This document shows, piece by piece, positions 19,766 to 29,715 of a DNA stretch of 64,000 bases. The translations under genes and the position numbers were made by a program. Within the stretch, counting starts at the first letter, position 1; the number at the start of each line of letters is the position of its first letter. The DNA is from an uncultured bacterium (lineage in GTDB: Bacteria; Abyssobacteria; SURF-5). The DNA is taken from contig CAZSKP010000008.1 of assembly GCA_964607485.1 (NCBI GenBank), positions 81,478 through 145,477 of the forward strand, written 5' to 3'. The notes beneath the pieces are model-generated. The model made no database searches and was not told the origin of the DNA. It saw only the letters and a program-made list of their open reading frames with translations.

Positions 19766-20138
19766 CGCTGTCCTCGAAGTAGCTTGCGCACGATGATTCC
19801 GCCTCGCGGACGTTTACCCGCGTGACGGCGAGGCCTTTCGTGTTTATCCGCTTGCCGACCTGTTCGTACACCCACCGCGCGAGGTTTTCGGAAGTCGGAT
19901 TAATCTTGTCGAACGGGGGGACTTCGTTCAGGTTGCTATGGTCGAGCCGGGAGAGCGCCTCGGAGGCGGCCTGCTTGACGTCGGCGAAGTCCACGAGCAT
20001 CCCGTTCGGCTTGAGCGCGTCTCCGGCGGCGACGACCTCGACGACCCAGTTGTGTCCGTGCAATTTGCTGCACGGGCCTTCGTAGTCGCGCAGGCTGTGG
20101 GCCGCCGAAAACGTGCATTTTACCGTCAATTCGTACAT
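19752..20138 (-). CDS. queD: 6-carboxytetrahydropterin synthase
   Basis: FSAAH..C..LHGHNW, LDHSNLN and NPTSENLA motifs. Confidence 0.95.
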   Translation of the reverse strand: MYELTVKCTFSAAHSLRDYEGPCSKLHGHNWVVEVVAAGDALKPNGMLVDFADVKQAASEALSRLDHSNLNEVPPFDKINPTSENLARWVYEQVGKRINTKGLAVTRVNVREAESSCASYFEDSVEDK

Positions 20139-20346
20139 CTTTTGCGTATCCTTATCGACGAGGATTTTCCGCCTCCATTTTAGCACAGCGCACCCGACCG
20201 TTCAACTTGCGTTCGTATCTCCGCTTGGCAACCAATAGCTCGATGATATATACTTCGGAAACGGCGGGTGGACATGTGCGATGGGGAGTGTACTGCTATC
20301 TGTGAAATTGGTTAATTCCTGTCGTGGTTTTCATGCTGCGTCCTGT

Positions 20347-20376
20347 TGTAGGGGCGCACGGCCGTGCGCCCTTACA
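20347..20376. repeat. GTAG-type REP, copy 1
   Basis: TGTAGGGGCGCACGGCCGTGCGCCCTTACA hairpin; identical copy at 21490-21519. Confidence 0.9.
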
Positions 20377-20445
20377 GAAATATCCGCGAGAGCGATGGGG
20401 TGCGAGGATGGAAGATTTGAGGACAGAAAGACTGTCCGAGAATCA

Positions 20446-20519
20446 CGTAGGTGCGAATTCATTCGCACAAAGGATGCGAGAAAGGCCGGAAATGCTGTGC
20501 GAATGAATTCGCACCTACG
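20446..20519. repeat. Inverted GTAG-REP doublet (REPIN-like)
   Basis: CGTAGGTGCGAATTCATTCGCACA ... TGTGCGAATGAATTCGCACCTACG, perfect 24-bp inverted repeat. Confidence 0.9.
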
Positions 20520-20570
20520 GGACGTGCCTTCGAATGCCCAGTTATCGGACAGATTCGGGAGGAGGAGCAG

Positions 20571-21431
20571 ATGATAATAGACGTTCACATACACCCATTT
20601 TGCAAAGAGGCGACGGTGTTGCCCAACCCGGAGGAAGCGATGAAGCGGATGTATGCCGGGGCGGAAGAGCGGTTTGAGCCGCTGCTGGCGGGGTTCCGCT
20701 GGGTGTTCGAGCACAAGTCGCTCGACGACATCATCCGTGAAATGGACGAGGCCGGCATCGACAAGGCGGTCATCGTGGCGGCCGACTATTCGAGCGCGTA
20801 CGGGACCGTCGTTGTCACGAACGAAGACGTCGCCCGGATGGCGAAGCTTCATCCCGACCGGTTCATCCCTTTCTGCAGCGTGGACCCCTCGTTCGGCCGC
20901 GTCGCCGTTGATAAATTGGAGTTTGCGGTCACGGAGCTTGGGGCGCGCGGGCTAAAGCTCGTGCCGCCGATGCAGGGATTCAGGTTCGACGACCCGCGCC
21001 ACGAGCCGCTGTGGCGAAAGGCGGCCGAGCTCGACATCGTCGTCTGGACTCACGCGGCGCATCAGAGCAGCACGCCCGGCACCGACGCCCGGCTGGGCCA
21101 GCCGATACTGGTCGAGCCGGTGGCGATGAAATTTCCGAACCTGCGGATAGTTCTCGGACACTGCGGGTTCCCGTGGGTGTGGGAATCGTGGTCGCTGGCC
21201 GTCCGATACCCGAACGTGTATGTGGACATCTCGGCGTTCAAGGAATTGTACGGGCAATTCCCGTGGGATGCCTATACTGCCAAGGCCGTCGAGCACAAGC
21301 TGCTGTTCGCGACGGACAACCCGCTGTCGGGTTTCGGCGAGTGCGTGGAGGCGGTGCGGGCGCTGCCGATAGGCGATGAGTTCAGGACTGCGATTTTCGG
21401 GACAAACGCACAGGCGCTCCTGCGGCTGTGA
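20571..21431 (+). CDS. Amidohydrolase_2 family protein
   Basis: IIDVHIH, GLKL, IVLGHCG, NVYVDIS and LFATD motifs; GGAGGAG RBS. Confidence 0.9.
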   Translation: MIIDVHIHPFCKEATVLPNPEEAMKRMYAGAEERFEPLLAGFRWVFEHKSLDDIIREMDEAGIDKAVIVAADYSSAYGTVVVTNEDVARMAKLHPDRFIPFCSVDPSFGRVAVDKLEFAVTELGARGLKLVPPMQGFRFDDPRHEPLWRKAAELDIVVWTHAAHQSSTPGTDARLGQPILVEPVAMKFPNLRIVLGHCGFPWVWESWSLAVRYPNVYVDISAFKELYGQFPWDAYTAKAVEHKLLFATDNPLSGFGECVEAVRALPIGDEFRTAIFGTNAQALLRL

Positions 21432-21489
21432 ATTGGAGCAAACGCATCACCTAGTTACGCGTTTCCCCAATTACGCGACCCCATGATCA

Positions 21490-21519
21490 TGTAGGGGCGC
21501 ACGGCCGTGCGCCCTTACA
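21490..21519. repeat. GTAG-type REP, copy 2
   Basis: Identical to 20347-20376, same orientation. Confidence 0.9.
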
Positions 21520-21551
21520 AGAGCCGACAAGAACAAAATTGAAAAGAACCA

Positions 21552-21959
21552 CTAGCTCTCCGGTTTTGGCATTTCCGTCAGGGAGACGATGCGGCGGATG
21601 CCGCTCTGGCGGGAGATGTCCATCGCGCGTATCACGTGGCCGTACGGAACCTTCCTGTCCGCCTTGAGCACGAGCGTCGTCTCGCGCTCCTTCGCCGCTT
21701 TCTGCAGCTCGGCGCGAAGCTCCCTCTCTTGAACGCGCATGTCGTTGAGGAACATGCGCCCGTCCTTGTCCAGCGTCAGCGTGAGCGGCTCCAGCTTGTT
21801 CGGCTCGGCCGTGCTCGCGGTGGGAAGCTCGAGGTTGATTCCGGGATGCTCGGCGAACGTCGTGGATACCATGAAAAAGATGAGCAGCAGGAACATCACG
21901 TCGATGAGCGACGTGATGTTTATCGACGGCCGCTTTCTCCTTTTTTCACGAATCTGCAT
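21552..21959 (-). CDS. exbD: ExbD/TolR family protein
   Basis: INITSLIDVMFLLLIFFMV and LKADRKVPYG motifs. Confidence 0.9.
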   Translation of the reverse strand: MQIREKRRKRPSINITSLIDVMFLLLIFFMVSTTFAEHPGINLELPTASTAEPNKLEPLTLTLDKDGRMFLNDMRVQERELRAELQKAAKERETTLVLKADRKVPYGHVIRAMDISRQSGIRRIVSLTEMPKPES

Positions 21960-21967
21960 CTTCGCCG

Positions 21968-22633
21968 CTACCTCGAAAATTCTTCCTGCTCCACTCGCGG
22001 CCTCTTCGACGCCTCCGCGTGCGCGCCGCCGTAGAGCTTGAGGGTGAGGAGGTTCGCGTACCGCTCGATTTCGAGCACGAGGTTGTCAACGCGTTTTGAA
22101 TAGTAGCTGTGCGCGACGAGGGAGGGTATCGCGATGAATAGCCCGACGATGGTCGTGATGAGCGCCTCGGAGATGCCGCCCGAAAGGATCGACGCCTCGC
22201 CCACGCCGCGCTCGACTATCACGTTGAACACGTGGAATATCCCCAGCACCGTGCCCAACAGCCCCAGCAGCGGAGAGATGCCCGTGATGATTTCGAGCAT
22301 CAGCAGGCCCCGCTCGAGCGTGCCCACCTCTTGCCGGGCCGCGGCCTGCACCATCTCCACGTTGTCCGCGCGGGGCAGCCTGCGATTGACCAGGCCGGCC
22401 TTTATCACCCGCGCAAACGGCGTGTTCGTTCGCTCGCACACGGCGATTGAGGCGACGGCGTCGTCGCCACGGTGGATGTTTTCGACCAATCCGACTATTT
22501 CCGGCGAGATGACCCTGCGCACCCGCAGGGTGTAGGCTTTCTCTATGATGATGGCGAGGGCGAGAATGGAGCAGAGCATCAATGGAACCATCGTCATCCC
22601 GCCCGCTCGAAGGAGATGCATTGCGGTTTCCAA
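21968..22633 (-). CDS. exbB: MotA/TolQ/ExbB proton channel
   Basis: PLLGLLGTVLG and GISEALITT..GLFIAIP motifs. Confidence 0.9.
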   Translation of the reverse strand: METAMHLLRAGGMTMVPLMLCSILALAIIIEKAYTLRVRRVISPEIVGLVENIHRGDDAVASIAVCERTNTPFARVIKAGLVNRRLPRADNVEMVQAAARQEVGTLERGLLMLEIITGISPLLGLLGTVLGIFHVFNVIVERGVGEASILSGGISEALITTIVGLFIAIPSLVAHSYYSKRVDNLVLEIERYANLLTLKLYGGAHAEASKRPRVEQEEFSR

Positions 22634-22675
22634 ATTTTTCCTCCTCGCGATGTTCGGCCGATGCTTCTTGGGGGA

Positions 22676-23647
22676 CTAATTGTACCGGAACGTGAAACGG
22701 ATGTTGAGGGGTTTGTTCACGAATTCGTCGGGAAGCCCCTGTATCTTATCGTACGGTATTCTGTCGAACGGCTGCGCGTCGTTTATCGATGAGACGCACA
22801 GCAGGGCGAAATACGGGTCGCCTTCGGTCGAGTGCACGACCATGTCGGTCACGCTGCCGTCTGGCTGAATCTTGAAATCGACGACGGCGCGCGAAGTCAC
22901 GATGCCCGTGTACGTCGATACCAGGCGCGAGACCCATTGTCTCTCGACGGCCTGTTTCATGCCGAGAAGATATTCGCCGAAGAAATGGCGCGTCGCCCCA
23001 AACGACAGCTCGCCCGTTATCTGCGCGTCCGCGCCCGCGTTGTTTGCGCTCGCCACCGATATCACCCGCGACGTTGGCGGCGGCGGGGGCGATACGGCGG
23101 GTTCGGCCCGAGACGGCATCTTTTTCGCAAGCTGGATTACCTCTTTCTCCTTCGGCTCCGGCGCAATCTCTATCTTCTTTTCGGGCTCCATCGGTTTCTC
23201 TTTGGGCGCGGCGGGCGCTTCCGGAAGAGGCTTCTTCGCTTCCTCGCGAGGTTTCGGTTTCTCCGCTTGCCGGGGCTTCGGCGGGGTTTTCGGCACAACG
23301 GGCGCAGGCGTCACGACCGCCCTCGGCCTGGTGTCCTTCGACTCGTCGTGCTTGCCCTCCATGTGGGGCGAATCCTCAAGCTTCTTCTCGCTCTGGAACC
23401 TGTCCTGCGCGCGCGTGTTCTTGTCGGACATGAGGTTGGTTTTCTTCGGGGCTTCCGGCGTCTTAGCCGAGGCGGGCGTATCCACCAACTCGAACCGCAC
23501 GACTCTGGGTTCGCTCTTTCGCGCCAGAAGCACCTCAGGAGAGGTGAGCAACTTCTGAGCAATCGTCTCCTGATTCAGCGCCGTGAATGCGCCGAGATGG
23601 AGCAGCGTGGAAATCAGGAGCGAAACTTTGAACGAGCGAGAGAACAT
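22676..23647 (-). CDS. TonB/TolA-like energy transducer
   Basis: N-terminal TM with S..LH, Pro/Lys-rich linker and TonB_C-like end; in an operon with exbBD. Confidence 0.8.
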   Translation of the reverse strand: MFSRSFKVSLLISTLLHLGAFTALNQETIAQKLLTSPEVLLARKSEPRVVRFELVDTPASAKTPEAPKKTNLMSDKNTRAQDRFQSEKKLEDSPHMEGKHDESKDTRPRAVVTPAPVVPKTPPKPRQAEKPKPREEAKKPLPEAPAAPKEKPMEPEKKIEIAPEPKEKEVIQLAKKMPSRAEPAVSPPPPPTSRVISVASANNAGADAQITGELSFGATRHFFGEYLLGMKQAVERQWVSRLVSTYTGIVTSRAVVDFKIQPDGSVTDMVVHSTEGDPYFALLCVSSINDAQPFDRIPYDKIQGLPDEFVNKPLNIRFTFRYN

Positions 23648-23752
23648 CGCCTCGCCTGCACCTCCCAGATGTGTCGTTACCCGGTCGCGGACTAGTGTTA
23701 TGTTTCACAAACTTGTACAGATACCTTCAGGAATGCGAAGCATTCTTTTCGA

Positions 23753-23850
23753 TGTCATCCTGAACGAAGGGCCGAAGGCCCAAGTGAAGGATCTCAATTT
23801 CATGCAAGTCATTGTGCATCGGCAGATTCTTCGCTGCGCTCAGAATGACA
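23753..23850. repeat. TGTCAT-type palindromic REP element
   Basis: TGTCATCCTGAACGAAGG..GAAGGATCT ... AGATTCTTCGCTGCGCTCAGAATGACA. Confidence 0.85.
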
Positions 23851-23908
23851 ACCATTAGTTTATTCCTCATTCCATAGTCTGCACCATGTGTTGATGGCAA
23901 ATCCTCAA

Positions 23909-24625
23909 TTAAACGCAACACGGGAAAATGTTGGGGACGTGACTGAGGCGCTCCACCTCATGCTCGGGCCGATAGCTGTCGAACGCCTCGCACCGGCGCA
24001 GGTTGTACCACACGGGAACCATGCCCGCGTCGCGCGCGCCCAACACGTCGCTGCCGTACATGTCGCCCACGTGCGCGGCCTCCTCCGGCCGGATGCGCAT
24101 CCGCTCCAGGGCGATCTCGAAAATCCTGGGCGACGGCTTGCGCACGCCCTCCAGCGTAGAGTCAACGATGACCTCGAAGTATCCGTCTATGCCCAATCCC
24201 TCGCACTTCTCTTTGCACCTGCCGTCGTTGTTCGAGATGACGCCGAGCCGGTATCCTTTTCGCCGGAGCGCTTCGAGCGTCTCGACGGCGCCCTCGGAAA
24301 GCGTCCTCATGTACGACATCCCGTCGAATCTCTGAAGAATCATCGGGAGCACGGCCGGCCAATCGACGGATATATCGAGGCAGCGGCCGAAGTGGTCGAG
24401 GAATCGCGGCAGGTACTCGCCGTCTTCGACGAGCGAGCCGGAGCGGGTGTCGAGGTACACGAGGTAGTCGGCCTTCGTGAACGCGCGAACGACGTCGGCG
24501 TATTCGCGCTGGAAGCCGACCTCGCCGAGCAGTTCGGTCACGCGCTTCAGGTACGTCGGGCTCCCCTCGACGAGCGTGTCGCCGAAGTCGAAGAAGACGG
24601 TCGAAATATTTCTCGCGGAAGGCAT
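23909..24625 (-). CDS. HAD-IA family hydrolase
   Basis: FFDFGDTL, ISN, RKPSPRIF and HVGD..SDVLGA motifs. Confidence 0.9.
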   Translation of the reverse strand: MPSARNISTVFFDFGDTLVEGSPTYLKRVTELLGEVGFQREYADVVRAFTKADYLVYLDTRSGSLVEDGEYLPRFLDHFGRCLDISVDWPAVLPMILQRFDGMSYMRTLSEGAVETLEALRRKGYRLGVISNNDGRCKEKCEGLGIDGYFEVIVDSTLEGVRKPSPRIFEIALERMRIRPEEAAHVGDMYGSDVLGARDAGMVPVWYNLRRCEAFDSYRPEHEVERLSHVPNIFPCCV

Positions 24626-24628
24626 CGG

Positions 24629-25519
24629 TCACATCACCGTCGCAATCCTCGGCTCGTTCGTGAGCTTGTCCTTGTCTTTTTCGACGCGTTCGATTATCGT
24701 ATCGAGCGTTTCCAGCATACCCGGCTTGTCGCCCATGAACTTTCCGAAGACGGGGACGAGGTTGGAGACATGGTCGCTGTGGAATTCCGAGCTGATGCCC
24801 TCCAGGCATTCGACCAACAGCCTTTCCTCCATCAGCATGTCGAGCACGTTCGGCGGCTTGTACTCTCCGTTTTCATACGCCTCGAACAGAGGGGTGCCGG
24901 GTATCAGCGTCGCCGTGCGGACGCGAATGAAGTCGGGGTCGATGGCGTTCAGGACGGCCGCGCTCTGGCGGGCGTGCGATTCCCATCCGTCGGCCCCGCC
25001 CAGTCCCAGCATCAAATATTCCGACAGCTCGATGCCGGCCTCTTTCACTTTTCGGCCCGCCTTTATCATGTGTTCCGGAGTGGCGCCCTTGTTTATGAAC
25101 TGGAGCAGCTTCGGGTCTCCGGTTTCCAGCCCGAGGTGCAGGCGGTCGAGCCCGGCCTCGGCCAGGCGCTTGAGCTTTTCCGGCGCCATCAGCGCGAGCG
25201 TTTTCGCGCGACCGTAGCTCGTGACCCTGCCGATATTGGAAAACCGGGTGCGCAGGTACTTGAGTATTTCCACGAAGTCGTCGGTCTTTATGACGGGACT
25301 GTCGGCGTCGCCGATGAAGACGTTCATCTTGCGGTCGCCGTAGAACTCGCGGGCCGCGTCGATGTCGGCCTTCACGTCTTCGACCGGTCGCTTCTCGAAT
25401 CGCATCATCTTGTACATGCCGCAGAATTTACAGCGGTTCCACGGACAGCCCCGCGTCACGCGAAGCAGCATGCTGTACGCCTCGCTCGGCGGCCTGAAAG
25501 GCGGCATTTCATATACCAT
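24629..25519 (-). CDS. Radical SAM protein
   Basis: RPPSEAYS..GCPWNRCKFCGMY (CxxxCxxC), GLETG and FHSDHVSN motifs. Confidence 0.9.
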   Translation of the reverse strand: MVYEMPPFRPPSEAYSMLLRVTRGCPWNRCKFCGMYKMMRFEKRPVEDVKADIDAAREFYGDRKMNVFIGDADSPVIKTDDFVEILKYLRTRFSNIGRVTSYGRAKTLALMAPEKLKRLAEAGLDRLHLGLETGDPKLLQFINKGATPEHMIKAGRKVKEAGIELSEYLMLGLGGADGWESHARQSAAVLNAIDPDFIRVRTATLIPGTPLFEAYENGEYKPPNVLDMLMEERLLVECLEGISSEFHSDHVSNLVPVFGKFMGDKPGMLETLDTIIERVEKDKDKLTNEPRIATVM

Positions 25520-25781
25520 TGTTCCACGTCCTCTATTCTTCACGACACACGTATAGCCTTTACCCTGTGAATCTACCGAAATTATAACATTTTCTGTACT
25601 CAAATTAAAGGCGTCTGAGGTTGGATATCGCTCGGGACGAGGCGCCGGAGATTTCGTTCCGGCGCGCCGCATGTGGTAAAATTAGAAGATAAGCCGGGTT
25701 GTCCCGGTCAGCCAATGTATGTACGGCCTAAAGGGCACGGAGCTCTTTAACCAGTAACCCTGAGAGCAGGAGGGAGCATCG

Positions 25782-26054
25782 TTGAAGAACAATGCGGTGA
25801 AGATGAATGAGAAAGATACTGTCGTGATAGCAACCCGATTGGTCAAGAAGGGCGAGCCGGTCGTGGTGGACGGGAAGCAGCTGCTCGAGGCTGCCGAGGA
25901 CATCGAGGGCGGCCACAAGATTGCCCTTGCGCCCATCGCAGCCGGCGATACGGTGTTTCGATACGGCGAGCCGATAGTCGAAGCCACTCGCGCGATAGCC
26001 CGTGGCGAATGGGTGCACGTGCACAACACGCGGCCCTGCCCGGGGCACGAATAG
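25782..26054 (+). CDS. UxaA-family SAF-domain protein (dehydratase small subunit-like)
   Basis: DTVVIA, GHKIAL..I..G..V.RYG and GEWVHVHN motifs. Confidence 0.85.
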   Translation: MKNNAVKMNEKDTVVIATRLVKKGEPVVVDGKQLLEAAEDIEGGHKIALAPIAAGDTVFRYGEPIVEATRAIARGEWVHVHNTRPCPGHE

Positions 26055-26138
26055 CTCCGGCGGGGAGCGCCGTGTCTTTTTTCTCCGATAATCGACATAA
26101 TTATTGAGACGGCCAAGAAATGTCCTAAGCGATAACAA

Positions 26139-26302
26139 TGTCATCCTGAGCGAAGCGAAGGATCTCTTTTGGCAAGGAGTTGGAGTTTTTTGAGATTCTT
26201 CGCTGCGCTCAGAATGACAACCATACGCTCAGAATGACAACCATAGCTCAGAATGACAGCCAGAGGTCAGAATGACGGCCAGAGGTCAGAATGACGGCCA
26301 TA
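26139..26302. repeat. TGTCAT-type REP with five tandem 19-20-bp copies of its right arm
   Basis: Left arm TGTCATCCTGAGCGAAGCGAAGGATCTC; G(C/G)TCAGAATGAC units start at 26207, 26227, 26246, 26265 and 26284. Confidence 0.9.
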
Positions 26303-26333
26303 TGCACAGAACGAAATGGCGGGAGACGCTGTA

Positions 26334-28331
26334 ATGCCCGATGAGTTCAAACTGGTGACCGACCTCACGCTGAAAGGCGACCAGCCGCAGGCGGTCGATA
26401 AGCTCGTCGATGGGCTGCGTGATGGTGTGAAGCACCAGGTGCTGCTTGGCGTGACCGGCTCGGGCAAGACGTTCACGATGGCCAACATCGTCGAGAGGAT
26501 GAACCGGCCGACCCTCGTTCTGGCGCACAACAAGACGCTTGCCGCCCAGCTTTACAGCGAGTTCAAGCAGCTTTTCCCCGACAACGCGGTCGAGTACTTC
26601 GTGAGCTATTACGATTATTACCAGCCCGAAGCCTATGTGCCCACCACCGACACGTACATAGAAAAAGACGCGTCGATAAACGACGAGATAGATAAGATGC
26701 GCCACTCGGCAACGAGGTCGTTGTTCGAGAGGCGCGACGTTCTGATAGTCGCCAGCGTGTCGTGCATCTACGGGCTCGGCTCGCCCGAGGAGTATCTGGG
26801 CATGCTCGTTTCGGTCGAGAACAACGCCGACATGACGCGCGAGGACTTGTTGAAGCACCTCGTCGCGATACAGTATGAGCGCAACGACCACGATTTTCAC
26901 CGGGGCACGTTCCGGGTGCGCGGCGACGTGGTCGAGATTTTTCCCGCCTACGAAAGCGACCGCGTCGTGCGGGTCGAATTCTTCGGCGACACAATCGATT
27001 CCATCTCCGAGGTTGACCCGCTCAGGGGGCGCGTCGTCCGGAAGCTCGAGCGGGCGCTCATCTTTCCCGGCAGTCACTATGCGACTTCCTACGACAAGCT
27101 CAGCCGGGCGATACGGAGCATTCGGGACGAGTTGAAGGAGCGCCTCGCGGAGCTGCGGTCGCAGGACAAGCTGCTCGAGGCGCAGAGGCTCGAACAGCGG
27201 ACGAATTTCGACCTGGAAATGCTCAAAGAGACGGGCTTCTGCGCGGGAATTGAGAACTATTCGCGGCATCTGGACGGACGCCGTCCCGGCCAGCCGCCTT
27301 TTACGTTGATCAATTATTTCCCCGACGACTATCTCCTGTTCATCGACGAAAGCCACCAGACGGTTCCGCAGCTTCACGGCATGTACAACGGCGACCGCTC
27401 GCGCAAGCAGACGCTTGTCAACTACGGGTTTCGGCTGCCGTCGGCGCTCGACAACCGCCCGCTGAAATTCAAGGAATTCGAGAAGCTCACGAACCAGCTG
27501 GTGTATGTGTCGGCGACCCCGGCCGAACACGAGCTGGAGAAAAGCGGGGGAGTGGTCGTCGAGCAGCTCATAAGGCCGACGGGCCTGATGGACCCGGAGG
27601 TGATTGTCAAACCCGCCCGGAACCAGGTGGACGACCTGCTGGAGGAGATACGGAAGCGAGTCGAAAAGAACGAGCGCGTGCTCGTGACCACTCTCACAAA
27701 GCGGATGGCGGAGGACCTGACCGATTACTATCAGGAGGTCGGCGTGCGCGTACGCTACCTGCATTCGGACATTGCGACCATCGAGCGGTTCGAGATTATT
27801 CGCGAGCTGAGACGGGGGCTGTTCGACGTGCTCATTGGCATCAACCTGCTTCGGGAGGGACTGGATATTCCCGAGGTGTCGCTGGTTGCGATACTGGACG
27901 CGGACAAGGAGGGTTTCCTGCGCGCCGAGAAATCGTTGATTCAGACGATCGGACGAGCGGCGAGAAACGTCAACGGAACGGTCGTCATGTATGCGGACAA
28001 CATGACGGACTCGATGCGGAAGGCTATCGACGAGACCAACCGCCGCCGCCGTGTGCAGGCCGAATTCAATGAGAAGCACAAGATAACGCCTACGACCATC
28101 GTGAAGGCCATGCCCGAGGTGCTGACGAGCGTTTACGAGGCGGATTACGTGACGGTGTCGGCCGTCGCCGAGCCGGCGGCGGGGTACGTCGCCTCGGGCG
28201 AGCTTCCGAAGCTGCTCGAAGATCTGAAACGCGAGATGAGGGAGGCGGCGGACAAGCTCGATTTCGAGCGGGCCGCCGAGCTGCGCGACCGCATCCACGA
28301 GCTTCAGGAGATGGAACTCGCGTTGAAGTAG
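26334..28331 (+). CDS. uvrB: Excinuclease ABC subunit B (alternative start 26316)
   Basis: [28 protein letters not shown] and C-terminal UVR domain. Confidence 0.98.
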   Translation: MPDEFKLVTDLTLKGDQPQAVDKLVDGLRDGVKHQVLLGVTGSGKTFTMANIVERMNRPTLVLAHNKTLAAQLYSEFKQLFPDNAVEYFVSYYDYYQPEAYVPTTDTYIEKDASINDEIDKMRHSATRSLFERRDVLIVASVSCIYGLGSPEEYLGMLVSVENNADMTREDLLKHLVAIQYERNDHDFHRGTFRVRGDVVEIFPAYESDRVVRVEFFGDTIDSISEVDPLRGRVVRKLERALIFPGSHYATSYDKLSRAIRSIRDELKERLAELRSQDKLLEAQRLEQRTNFDLEMLKETGFCAGIENYSRHLDGRRPGQPPFTLINYFPDDYLLFIDESHQTVPQLHGMYNGDRSRKQTLVNYGFRLPSALDNRPLKFKEFEKLTNQLVYVSATPAEHELEKSGGVVVEQLIRPTGLMDPEVIVKPARNQVDDLLEEIRKRVEKNERVLVTTLTKRMAEDLTDYYQEVGVRVRYLHSDIATIERFEIIRELRRGLFDVLIGINLLREGLDIPEVSLVAILDADKEGFLRAEKSLIQTIGRAARNVNGTVVMYADNMTDSMRKAIDETNRRRRVQAEFNEKHKITPTTIVKAMPEVLTSVYEADYVTVSAVAEPAAGYVASGELPKLLEDLKREMREAADKLDFERAAELRDRIHELQEMELALK

Positions 28332-28371
28332 GCTTCCTCCCGTTCACGCGCCGGGCTCGATCACGGCGCGC

Positions 28372-29598
28372 TTACTTTGCCACCCAGAGCCCGTGCGGCA
28401 GTCCCGCGGTGAGATTTTCGTGCCCCTGTTCCGTGATGAGGATGATGTCCTCGGGCATTCCGCCGAAGAACTCGCGCTCGGGGTCGAATGCGCCTATCTC
28501 GATGGCGACCACCATGCCGGGCTGGAGGGGCGTCTGTTCCTCCGCCGTCACCCATGGCGGCTCATGGTTGGCCAGGCCCTCCTGGTGTCCGATGAAAGAG
28601 ATGATGTGCGGGTATTCATAGTCCCGCTTCTTCAGGGCCGAGAGCGATTTCCCGAACAGGTCGCACATGCGCACGCCCGGCTTCATGGCGGAGATGGTCT
28701 CGAGGTGCGCCTCGGTGGCGATGTCGTGGTAGCGGACCATCTTCTCGGGCGGGTCGCCGACGTAGAACGTCCTCTGGAAATCGAGCTGGTAGCCCTTGTA
28801 CGTGGGGCCGCAATCGCACAGCCCCTGATCGCCCTCGCGAATGATGCGGTCGACGGGGCCGGTGATCCAGCGGTCCACGCCCATCACCTCGTCTCTGTTG
28901 CTCGAAAAGCACAGCCACGTTCCATGGTATGGCGCTTCAATCATGTCGAATTCCGCCGCTTTCCGCCAGAACGCGCGGTGCACGTCGAGCTCGCTCACGC
29001 CGGGCCGGATCGTCTCGAACGCAGTCCTCACGCATTCACACGAGCGCTTCGCTCCCTCGCGGATGAGCGCCTGCTCGAACGGCGTCTTTATCATGCGCTG
29101 TTTCCAGATCGCCTTGTCGGCGCTGACGATTGTGGCGCGCGCGAGTTCGCGTCGGATAAAGTCGTATTCGTCGAAGGACAGATACGTGTCGATGTCGGGC
29201 CCTGTTTCGATGCCGAGTCTCTTGTCCGCCAGCCCGAGCTCCTCGAGCGTATCGAAGAGCAGCTTGTAGAAGGACTTTGGGAACATCTGGACCATGAAGT
29301 GGTTCGACTCGCTCCAGACGCGTACGTCTTCGAGATACGACATGGTTGCGATGCACCACTGAAAGGCGGCGTGGACGACGGCCACGGGGTCCCGGTCGCG
29401 GCACACGAGCAGGCAACTGCGCCAGACATCGTTGTGCATCTGCGCGGCATCGGTGAACCCGCCGTAGTACCACCAGTTCGTGGGCGAGAACAGGAGCATC
29501 GCGTCGAGCCCGTGCTCGGCGAGGCACTGTTTGGCGCGTTCGATACGCGCGCTGTATTCCTCATACGGAAACGTCGGCCATTTCACACCCGGTTTCAT
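28372..29598 (-). CDS. Xaa-Pro peptidase (M24) family protein
   Basis: Creatinase-N domain, RMIKTPFE, D..GYQLDFQRT, GH..GL..HEPP and EDIILIT motifs. Confidence 0.88.
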   Translation of the reverse strand: MKPGVKWPTFPYEEYSARIERAKQCLAEHGLDAMLLFSPTNWWYYGGFTDAAQMHNDVWRSCLLVCRDRDPVAVVHAAFQWCIATMSYLEDVRVWSESNHFMVQMFPKSFYKLLFDTLEELGLADKRLGIETGPDIDTYLSFDEYDFIRRELARATIVSADKAIWKQRMIKTPFEQALIREGAKRSCECVRTAFETIRPGVSELDVHRAFWRKAAEFDMIEAPYHGTWLCFSSNRDEVMGVDRWITGPVDRIIREGDQGLCDCGPTYKGYQLDFQRTFYVGDPPEKMVRYHDIATEAHLETISAMKPGVRMCDLFGKSLSALKKRDYEYPHIISFIGHQEGLANHEPPWVTAEEQTPLQPGMVVAIEIGAFDPEREFFGGMPEDIILITEQGHENLTAGLPHGLWVAK

Positions 29599-29651
29599 AA
29601 GCTACCTCCTGTTGTTTCGTCAGGCATGGGTTCGCGGCCCGCCGGGGAGTG

Positions 29652-29673
29652 TCAGAGCGACCGGTCACTCTGA
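29652..29673. promoter_or_regulatory. Candidate TetR operator 2
   Basis: TCAGAGCGACCGGTCACTCTGA near-perfect palindrome upstream of the M24 gene. Confidence 0.65.
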
Positions 29674-29715
29674 ATCGTCGCCCCAAAAAATCCCCACTTG
29701 CTTCTCCGCCGGGCG

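Noticed and set aside
20139-20340. preQ1 riboswitch upstream of queD
   Set aside because: No preQ1 consensus was seen; only a TTGAAC-17-TAAAAT promoter close to the start codon.
24629-25519. Radical SAM protein as activase for the glycyl radical enzyme
   Set aside because: It lacks the DGPG.R..VF.KGCPL.C.WC.NPE activase signature and belongs to a different radical SAM family.
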